In this document: positions 22,793 through 32,741 of the stretch, piece after piece
How positions within the stretch are numbered: position 1 is the stretch's first letter
Layout: every line of letters starts with the position of its first letter
Origin: Amphiscolops sp. MND2022
Taxonomy: Eukaryota
Direction of reading: 5' to 3'
DNA: 64,000 bases
Assembly: GCA_964187785.1 (NCBI GenBank)
Contig: OZ076411.1
Span: forward strand, 66,588,001-66,652,000
The notes under the pieces: model-generated
What the model was told of the DNA's origin: nothing
What the model saw: only the letters and a program-made list of their open reading frames with translations
Database searches by the model: none
Made by a program: the position numbers and the translations under genes

Positions 22793-25351
22793 TTAAAGGA
22801 TGCTACGGTCACGTGTGCTGGTATTCTGCATTGCTTCGGGGATTTCGGCCTGGTGCAATGGTCCAATTCGCACTTCTTTGACAGTCCCTGTGAAGGCGTA
22901 GACTGACCATTTTGGGTCGCGATAGGGCTTCTCCGGACCCCTGAATCCCAGTTGAGTTAAGTTGAAAGCTGGATACACCTGGTAACAAAAGGCACTGACA
23001 ATGATGAATAGAGCGAATTCAATGAGAAATGTGCAAAATTACAATTACGTTTGAAGAAAATACGTTTAAATTGTTAGGCAGTTAGAAACGAGAACCATTA
23101 AAATCCGTAGTTCACAACCCAGTCCGTGGAAGAGATTAGTTTTTTTTCTACATTATCAGTTACCATTCATAATCAACAAACATTGATTACCATTTTGATG
23201 GCGTCGAGCTCACTGCTGATCTGCTCTTTCAGAAGAGTCAGTTGTGGGCTGGAGAAGAGGGGGCTCCATGATCCTCTCAGGGAATTGAGTTTCCGCTGGA
23301 GTTGTCGTATTTTAAACTGTAGCACAGCATAAACACGAACAACTCCGGGAAAAACCTCTTCGTCGTCTATTTCCTGCTGACTGGCGTTGAGGTGACTGTC
23401 CACAATTAGAGGGAATTGTGTGACAGCGAGGAAGTTGGAGGCAAAAGCAATGGCGTCTCCCTTTGTTGCCACTATATGTGGCCAGCGTGCAGGCACAACG
23501 AGGATGAAGACTAAATAAAAACAAAATAGTATACATTTAAACGAAACAACTGGTTCAATGACTTTGAATCATGTGCATGATTGATAATGTGCTCTTCGCA
23601 AAATGATGATCTGAGTACAAGTATGTACATGATCAGAGTACATTTACCTTTTTGTGGGGATATTGCTCCACTCCTCAAAGAGCTGCAAGTTTGATCTTGT
23701 CGGCTCCACCAGCCAGAAGATATTCTGCCCTCGAGCGACAGTATAAAAGGCAGTCGTGCTTGGAAAATCGACTTGCCACGGTGTGAGACACTGATCATTT
23801 GAGACCAGCAAATATTTTGAAGTAGCCTCAGTCAAGTGCACTGCTACATCCACACACTCATCTGCAAGTTGGTCAACCGCACAGTAACGGACAAAGTCTG
23901 GTACTTGGAAAAACTAAACGAAAACGACAAGACATCAGCAACCGGTTTCAGAACAAAGACTCCCTACAGTGGTCGCCATTTTCAACATCCAATTAGTTGC
24001 TAAAAATTTGAACAAAAGAAGGGTGCATCATGTATTTCACTGACTTTTGGCACTGTAAAGACACCAAATTCAAACAGATATTTTTTCCAATGAGAGCCCT
24101 TCCAAGATATGATAAAAAAAACTTACATTCTGTTCGAGTGCAATGTCAACGACATTGACAGGAATTGTCCCCGTGGGTGCTGCTGAGGGCCCCGCTCGCT
24201 GCTCGTCCAGGTACTCGCTCACTGTTAAAGACCTGACCTAAAATTCGAAAAAAAATATTTCAAGCATACTCCTTTGAAATTACTTTACCAATGTTTAGAT
24301 AAGTTACAGTGAAATCCACTGCCAACGATGACTTAGTGGATACTAAATCTCAATATGTTTTGATTCAACGTATACAATAATTTTTATCACTATTGGTAAA
24401 ACGCTAAACTTGAATGAATTTTGTGAAGTTCGAAAAATACAAAGATTGGCGGGATATGTTCACCTGTTGGTCATGTGGCAGCCGTGATGACTTTGCAGCA
24501 AGCTTTGCTGCAGGATTAGCCAAGTGCTGCAGCAAGAACTCCACTTGGTGGACGAAGTCCTCAGCGGGCAAAACTGGGAGCTTCAAACCTCGCGAGTTCA
24601 AAGCCCCGTTCTTCCACAATATCGGCTGGCCACGAGAGAGTGCTTTCAGGACCATGCCGTTTTCGTCTTCTTGCTGATTTTCCCACCTGCAGCAGTTCTA
24701 GGGCTCCTCTGAAAGCGGCATGTCCTCTAAGTTCTTTACGAAAAGACTTGATCCTTCGTACGCCCGTCGACTAGGCTCGCTCGACATTGCCATGTCGCTT
24801 TCTTTGTGGAGGGGAAATCGTTCCAGGTGTCTCTGTAGGGAGTCACTCCGGACAAATTTCTCACCACAGTATGTGCAAGGATATTTTTTGCTGGGGTTGT
24901 CAGTTTCTAGAAAAATTTATTGAATAGAATTTAAACTAATAACCTTGTTCGCACATTTTGACTATACTTATGTTCGTATTATGTTCGTATTATGTTCGTA
25001 TTTATTTGTATCTAAATCCTAAACTGTCACACTAAGAATAAATATATGTTTGAGGCTTTCTGGTTTGTATTCACGTCTTTGTGATAAAAGTTTTACACAG
25101 TTTTTTCAAGAAAAAAGTGGTAGGGGGAACGAAAAGAGCCGCAAATCGTTGACATAGTTGATCTACTTACTATACTTTCTTTCATTTTGGGGTATGTCTG
25201 TTGTGCAGTACCTCGCTTTCTCGATGTTCCGCTTGAGCGTTACAAGGGTGGCGAAGACCCTCTTGCAACGGGGACAGGCTTTGTTTTGCGGCTGCTTTGT
25301 ACCGCGGCGGCGGTTCGACTTGTACGAACAGTTGGGGCAGCTGTATTCAGT
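22793..25351 (-). pseudogene. Spliced C2H2 zinc finger plus JmjC (KDM7/PHF8-KDM2-like) gene with an ELM2-like C-terminal motif; one in-frame TAG
   Basis: GT-AG exons 25351-25171, 24906-24464, 24237-24127, 23913-23648, (uncertain mini-exon about 23610-23550), 23510-23191 and 22978-22793. Motifs: YPCTYCGEKFVRSDSLQRHLERFPLH; QPILWKNGALNSRGLKLP; SKYLLVSNDQCLTPWQVDFPSTTAFYTVARGQNIFWLVEPTRSNLQLFEEWS; VVPARWPHIVATKGDAIAFASNFL; VRIGPLHQAEIPE. The stop is at 24698-24700 and the start exon was not found. Confidence 0.85.
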
Positions 25352-25621
25352 CTGTAGAAGCAAAACAACATTATAGTTTATCCTCGAAGCGTCTTACATG
25401 TAAACGCCAAATATTCGAACCGCTAAGAGATATTACAACCTCCCATTTCAAATAAAGACCTGTTTTTCCAATCAGTAAAAGGAGGAAACGAACAAGCAAA
25501 AAAACAGAACATGCCAAAATTGCTAAACCACAAATGAATTTAGAACTCCACCATTTTAAAATGGAGATAAATATCTCGGTTGTTTAACAATATGAATAAA
25601 TAAAAACAAACAAATAACAAA

Positions 25622-25700
25622 GCGCTATGGCCGAGTGGTAAGCAACTAAACTATGAAGCCATAGATCGTGGACTCGAATCTCTATCGTGTCGATCCTATG
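25622..25700 (+). repeat. tRNA-derived (SINE-like) head
   Basis: gcgctatggccgagtggtaag (A-box) and gactcgaatctc (B-box-like), without a complete acceptor stem. Confidence 0.55.
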
Positions 25701-26790
25701 TTATCTCAGAAAAACTGAGTTTACCTAATTTTTCAATTAATATGTAAAAACTTTGATCTTGCTATCGCGAAATTTAGTTTGATTGTCTATGTTAACAAAA
25801 ACTTTTAATCTTTTCTTCATATCGTATCATTGCTTTCTGATTTCATCTGCCAACAGTTGAGTATCAAAAAGAAATGGTCTTTGACATGAGTATTGCATTG
25901 CTTTCCCTTAAAACGAGATAGATCGAAATCGGGTCTTTTCTGTTATTCCCTCCACTCTATTCTTTAAAAATTACCCCCAATATTTCTTTTGTCAGGATAA
26001 GAATCGAGGTATTTGACTCACTCCCTAATGATTCACTTCTCAATGATGAACACCTACCAACATTTCAAAAATTAGGACAAGAATTGTTGTATAGGACTGA
26101 CTTCATATTGATTCGCTTCTTAGTGAATTGAGTGGGATGGGAGTAAATTTGCTGGGAGGGGGGGGCTTTTAAAAGAAAAGACCCACGAAATCGATAACAA
26201 TTTTTTACTCAACGATTTCTCTGCAAATAGTGATCAGTTTTTCACTCAGGCCTGTTCAAAGAAGATGGCAGTTCAAACTCAGATTTGTTTTTACTACTCG
26301 GGAAAACCAAAAATTTCGTATGAAAATTCAAGAGCAGTTTTGCTGACAGTGTGTACATTTTCTTGCTAACTCAGGTTTTTCCACTACTCACAATAGATAC
26401 AAAAAATACAAATAGAAACTTGAGTCTATTTAGAACTAATAATTCACTGAATGTACCCCTTTTGAATTGGTTTGCAAATGTTTAAGCATTTGTTTGTGGA
26501 ATCCACTGTCAATGTATAGGTATATGTTAGTCAATTCCGCATATCGCTTTTCGCAGGAAGAAAAACACTTTCCAGAATAGTGGAATCCACTGCAATAAAG
26601 TCTATTTAGAACTAATGCTTTACTGATTGTACCCCTTTTAAATTGGTTTAAAATGTTTAAGATTTCTTGTCTAAGTTTCCGAGAAAAAAATGTTCAAAAG
26701 GTAAATTAGTACCACAAGCAAAGATTAAAACATATGTCTTCGAAATCATTTATTGTAACAAGCATTTGCAGAAATCAGAGTAGAAATCGA

Positions 26791-29700
26791 TCATCTGCTG
26801 GAGTTTTGTTGCTTGACTAGGCCGTTTCGGTATCTTTTCAAGGCCACAATGGCTGACGTGTTCGCTATTGATTTGTTATCATCTATTTGATCCATCAAGA
26901 GTCGTCGCATGTCAATAATTTTCATCGGGTTGATCAAGAGTCCAGGCCTTATAATATAATTTTCAGGGTCCAGTATGACGTTACTTTTCATCATTTCGAG
27001 TACGTATTCAACAGTGATGAACATGAGACCCGCCGAGGCAAATCTTTTGCAGGCCAAAGCTGCAGGAGACAACTTCTTTTTTGTTGAACACTTTTCATCT
27101 TCTCTGCTTTCGGCGTCTGTTGACAACTCGCTTGCGGTACAATGTCTATGGAGCTTCAGTTTTCTTCTCATGGCTTCCAATTGATGTTTATCGCCATTCG
27201 CGTTTATTAGGTCCTCTTCGTTTTTGACAATAACGTAAAAATTCAAGATATTTGAATGGGATTTCATTATGTTCTCCGCGTTTTCTTTCTCATAAACGAC
27301 ACCTCCCATTTCGGAAATTCTATCTTTGAGGAAATCCTGTGTGAGCCCACGCTTGAAGCTACCTACAATTGTAAATCTCAATCCTCGTAGAAGGTCGCAA
27401 AATTCTCTCTTTTCGCCAACGGCAAGGCAGGGTAGCGCCAAGGGAGTTCTGCAAATGTCTAGATAGGTTTTGGCACCCTCTAAAGTCTTTTCAGTCGTGA
27501 GTGTTTTTCTAACATGTTCAATTACATTGTATTTTTTTCGAAACTTGTTGAAGAAAAATCCAGGAACCGGCAAAACGAAAATGCAGTATCAAGAAATAAT
27601 GGATCTTGATGGTAAGTGGAGCCACCGCCTCTTATGGTTCGGGATTGAAAATTTCTGTTCGCATTGTGGTTCGATTTTTCCAAGCCTTCCCAGAGGTGAT
27701 TCCATGGCTTCTCGATGTGTCCGCTCTCCACTATTTGGGCTATCAATGGAAGCTTGAGCTTGTATGGTGACAGCCCCTTTCGCCCGAAGAGGAGCAAATT
27801 GATTTGAAAGTATGTTTCAGCCCATCGTTTGTAAGTGTCGACATCAAATGTTCCCTGAGTTCTCAACAGAATAGCACACTGGTTTAAACTTTGTCGTAGA
27901 AGCTCACAAGCGTCATAAATTGATATATATCTTTCTTCGTTTCATATCATTCTCAGTGCAACGCGTTATCATGTGTGTAGCGTCTGGCAGATTGTTCTGA
28001 CATCGATTATGCTTGCTAATGCTTCTCTAGGAACATGTTGTCCGAATGGGATCTTCGAAGATGTTCGTCTTCCATCAACATCTGAGCAGCGGGTGGGGAG
28101 GAAATTTTCATCGCATACATATATCGGAAGTTGTGACGCTTGGGAACTTGAACGTTCAGTTGAAGTTCCCAGGACCAAACGCGTCAAGAACGGGCTGTCA
28201 CCACTGTATGTAATTTCAACGCCCAACGCTTGTAGTTCTTTTGTCTGGCGGTATAGCCATCCAGATTCTTGCTTACCCAGGATAGACGGGCCAAAGTTTT
28301 GTTCCATTGCATATCGGCGATTTTTGTGCCACGATATGATGCAAAACAGAAGACAGCTTTCGATGATTGGCTGCTAACTGTGGTGTTCAAAATTCTGAAT
28401 GCTAGACACGTTACCTCAACCCCCCTATTTCGCAACCGTCACCCCAAACATCAATTGTAAGGCCTACAAGATTGGTTTTTTGCAGTAAAACTAATGACGC
28501 AAACGTCACTGCTTTCAGTAAACTGACTCGAAATCCAGAATAGGTTCGCTCAGGCTCGCAAATTGTAACAAACAATTTCATTATGAGGCGAGTAGCTCTT
28601 TTGATGTGACGAATTGACGGTACTAGGCTGCCACCTCCTAAACCAACCGGAACTAGCCTTTGTCGAATTGCATTGAGGATATATTCCATGTTGCTAGTTT
28701 TCATTTTGATTGAAAGTTCGTACCTAAAGCACTCGGGGGAGCCCCTGTCCTCCAAAAGACCCGTGAACAAGTCTCGAATGTGATTACCGCTTGCGCTTCT
28801 TTTTCGCCACGTGCTACGTTTCTGATGCTGTTCTTTGAGAATTGTGGCTATGGGTAATCCGTGAATAGGTAAACCATGCACTCTAGCAAAATTCAGGACT
28901 TTGGTCCAAAAAGTTTTCTTATTAGTTCTGTGCCACCTTTTGGGTTGTAATTGCGTAATATTCATATCTGATCGTTGCTGGTCTTTGGAATTATTAACTT
29001 CTGATGTCATCTGTAGCACTGCCTTTTCTTGGAATGTTACTTCAAGGGGTGTTTCTCCAACCATCTCATGTTGAGAAGAAAATTTATCATTTGTAAAAGT
29101 ACCGACATCGGGGCAAAATCTGGTGTTGGAATATTTTGAAACGAATTTTCTTCTTTTCTCGTTTCAAGGTAGTTCTTTATAGCCCCGCAGAAATAAAAGT
29201 TTCAATCCAGGAACCGGCAAAACGAAAATGCAGTATCAAGAAATAATGGATCTTGATGGTAAGTGGAGTCACCGCCTCTTATGGTTCGGGATTGAAAATT
29301 TCTGTTCGCATTGTGGTTCGATTTTTCCAAGCCTTCCCAGAGGTGATTCCATGGCTTCTCGATGTGTCCGCTCTCCACTAGTTGGGCTATCAATGGAAGC
29401 TTGAGCTTGTATGGTGACAGCCCCTTTCGCCCGAAGAGGAGCAAATTGATTTGAAAGTATGTTTCAGCCCATCGTTTGTAAGTGTCGACATCAAATGTTC
29501 CCTGAGTTCTCAACAGAATAGCACACTGGTTTAAACTTTGTCGTAGAAGCTCACAAGCGTCATAAATTGATATATATCTTTCTTCGTTTCATATCATTCT
29601 CAGTGCAACGCGTTATCATGTGTGTAGCGTCTGGCAGATTGTTCTGACATCGAATATGCTTGCTAATGCTTCTCTAGGAACATGTTGTCCGAATGGGATC

Positions 29701-31520
29701 TTCGAAGATGTTCGTCTTCCATCGACATCTGAGCAGCGGGTGGGGAGGAAATTTTCATCGCATACATATATCGGAAGTTGTGACGCTTGGGAACTTGAAC
29801 GTTCAGTTGAAGTTCCCAGGACCAAACGCGTCAAGAACGGGCTGTCACCGCTGTATGTAATTTCAACGCCCAACGCTTGTAGTTCTTTTGTCTGGCGGTA
29901 TAGCCATCCAGATTCTTGCTTACCCAGGATAGACGGGCCAAAGTTTTGTTCCGTTGCATATCGGCGATTTTTGTGCCACGATATGATGCAAAACAGAAGA
30001 CAGCTTTCGATGATTGGCTGCTAACTGTGGTGTTCAAAATTCTGAATGCTAGACACGTTACCTCAACCCCCCTATTTCGCAACCGTCACCCCAAACATCA
30101 ATTGTAAGGCCTACAAGATTGGTTTTTTGCAGTAAAACTAATGACGCAAACGTCACTGCTTTCAGTAAACTGACTCGAAATCCAGAATAGGTTCGCTCAG
30201 GCTCGCAAATTGTAACAAACAATTTCATTATGAGGCGAGTAGCTCTTTTGATGTGACGAATTGACGGTACTAGGCTGCCACCTCCTAAACCAACCGGAAC
30301 TAGCCTTTGTCGAATTGCATTGAGGATATCTTCCATGTTGCTAGTTTTCATTTTGATTGAAAGTTCGTACCTAAAGCACTCGGGGGAGCCCCTGTCCTCC
30401 AAAAGACCCGTGAACAAGTCTCGAATGTGATTACCGCTTGCGCTTCTTTTTCGCCACGTGCTACGTTTCTGATGCTGTTCTTTGAGAATTGTGGCTATGG
30501 GTAATCCGTGAATAGGTAAACCATGCACTCTAGCAAAATTCAGGACTTTGGTCCAAAAAGTTTTCTTATTAGTTCTGTGCCACCTTTTGGGTTGTAATTG
30601 CGTAATATTCATATCTGATCGTTGCTGGTCTTTGGAATTATTAACTTCTGATGTCATCTGTAGCACTGCCTCTTCTTGGAATGTTACTTCAAGGGGTGTT
30701 TCTCCAACCATCTCATGTTGAGAAGAAAATTTATCATTTGTAAAAGTACCGACATCGGGGAAAAATCTGGTGTTGGAATATTTTGAAACGAATTTTCTTC
30801 TTTTCTCGTTTCAAGGTAGTCCTTTATAGCCCCGCAGAAATAAAAGTTTCATTATTTTCGATGCAACAAAAACAGATCCCTGGGGCTGCCCTTTAATTGG
30901 TAGGTTTTGAATAAGATCGTCTATCTTCAGAGTCGTCCCTACGACCATTTCAGCAACGATTGAAGTAAGTTTCCGTTGACGATTTTGTAACGTGTTTCCT
31001 GATATAAAGTCTAGTATTTTGGAATCTATGAATTCTTTCCCATCATCCAGTGATAGATTGAACTTTTCGAATTCTGACATTTCTGAACTTTTAGACAAAG
31101 AAATTGAGCGTGTCAATGGTGTATCAAATCGTCGATAATGATGAAGCCGAAAAATTATCAAAATCCATTTCTTTGTGTTTCAGTTTCCCTCCTTTTGCGT
31201 CTTCTGATACGCCGTGTTTTTGCCTCAACTTCAAATAAATTTATTCTTGCAACATTTTTTTCACGGTATTACCGTACGCTGTTTAAATATTTCTTCAACA
31301 CCTGTTTGAAACTATTTCATTGCACGCGTTGAACTAAAACTACAAGGTCATACGTGCGATCACTAGTAGGTGATAAAATTAGGTGCAATTGTTCCCAAAA
31401 AATCATGTGGAAGGATTTTTCAGTGATGTTTTTTCTCCACCGTGAGTTGGTTGACATTGTATAGAAGATTTGCCAGCGAATGATTCTGTTGTTTTTCGAA
31501 CGTGAGTTGACCGTGAACAC
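26791..31520 (-). CDS. Divergent RAG1/Transib/Chapaev-like DDE transposase with C-terminal BRCT domain (about 1000 aa reconstructed with the duplication removed; several frameshifts)
   Basis: Ordered motifs LTIDVWGDG (D at 28438-40), TYSGDSPFL (D at 28197-99), PDATHMITRCTE, GLSPYKLKL and WEGLEKSNHNANRNF (E about 27678-80). BRCT about 26950-27400: LRGLRFTIVGSF...LKDRISEMGGVV...ITVEYVLEMMKSNVILDPENY. The N-terminal start is approximate. Confidence 0.75.
27558..30851. repeat. Near-identical tandem duplication, 2 x 1647 bp (27558-29204 and 29205-30851), covering the transposase catalytic core
   Basis: All ORFs recur at +1647 (27866 to 29513; 28411 to 30058; 29064 to 30711) with only scattered substitutions. 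Confidence 0.95.
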
Positions 31521-32289
31521 ATTTCAAGCACTACAACTTCTTGACCAAAAATGGTGAAAAAATTTTTTTTCAATTGAAGAAACTACACTTTATCATGACA
31601 AAAAGAAAGACGTAAACAAAACTTTTAACAAAATTTTTATAATAAGGAGAGAATTTTAGAATAATAGAGAAGAGAGGAACGCATCAGGTGTGAGTTGTAA
31701 CCATTGAAGTTGTAAACATTGCAACCATAAAGAGTGATTTTGAAGTTCCCACCATTCGCCGATTGCTTCACAGAATTTGTATGATTTTGACCTGAAACAA
31801 ACAAAAAAGAAAAAAATCTGGAACTTTTTCCTTTTCCCTACACTTTTCAAGATGTTGTTTTTGCAATTACAGTAGACTTCGGATAATGGAATATCGGCTA
31901 AATATCGAAATCAAAACTTCGGGTAAACGAAAAAAAATCCTCGGCAGTATAGATCATAGTAGCATGTTTTCGTTTTATCGAATATTTCACTGAATCGAAA
32001 ATTTTTCGCCGTTCCTGCATAATTTGAGCCGAACCTAAGTAAGTGCTGTATTGCGAGATAACTTCATCAACACAGGTATATTTGTAATCCTCCGTGATAG
32101 AGTGTTTTATCGAAAACATCAAAAGCTGTTAGAAGTAGCAAAGACTGAATTTATTTATCTAATAATAATAAATTAATAATAATAATAATTTTATATAATT
32201 TTCTATAACAGGTGTGGACGGTCAAAACAAAAGGGCCAAATGTTTTGTTTCAGCATGAAAAATTGCAAGAAGATTATTTCAAAGTTATT

Positions 32290-32700
32290 AATTATGTTTC
32301 ATTGATCTGTCCTTTCGAAGAAACTTGGAGTGGATTCCACTTCAGCTTACAGTGAATTGAACTTTGGCTCACAGTCAATTCCACTCGTTTTGCAGTCAAT
32401 TCCACAAGTTGAAAAGTGGAATCGACTGTAGGCCAAAGTGGAATCGACTGTAAGCCAAAGTGGAATCCACTGTAATCTGAAGTGGAATCCACTGCAAGTT
32501 TCAGCAAATTTCGCTGAAAGTTGAAATAAGCTGACGCGCTTGGTTCAGTCAGTTGGCAGTGAAAAGCAGTGGATTTCGGTGCACACATTTTTGTACATTA
32601 GCTAGATATGTTAGTGGAATCCAAAACAGGCTACCGCGGAACCCAATGAAAATCAGTGAAATACATGTTTAAATGTATGTCAGTGGATTTCGGTGACTTA
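32290..32700. repeat. Right subterminal array of GTGGAATCCAC-type palindromes
   Basis: About 10 copies (gagtggattccactt, gtggaatcgact twice, gtggaatccact twice, and others). Confidence 0.9.
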
Positions 32701-32719
32701 ATAGCAGAAAAGTGTGTTA

Positions 32720-32741
32720 ACCCACTTTTGGCACTGTAATG
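32720..32741 (-). repeat. Right TIR
   Basis: acccacttttggcactgtaatg. Confidence 0.95.

Larger units (their letters stand above)
15890..32741. mobile_element. Giant (16,852 bp) TIR DNA transposon with a RAG1/Transib/Chapaev-like transposase and chromatin-modifier cargo
   Basis: Perfect 22-bp TIR cattacagtgccaaaagtgggt at 15890-15911 and its reverse complement at 32720-32741. It is flanked by gc on both sides (15888-89, 32742-43), and the flanks are the two halves of one integrase ORF. Subterminal palindrome arrays lie at both ends. Confidence 0.92.

Noticed and set aside
31740-31885. PHD finger starting EVYCNCK in the giant element
   Set aside because: Only the first CxC pair is present, and the remaining ligands are not recoverable in any frame.
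15893-32738. Tc1/mariner interpretation (TA|CAGTG...CACTG|TA)
   Set aside because: It would leave 10 extra bases in the host integrase and break its frame, and no DD34E/D transposase is present.
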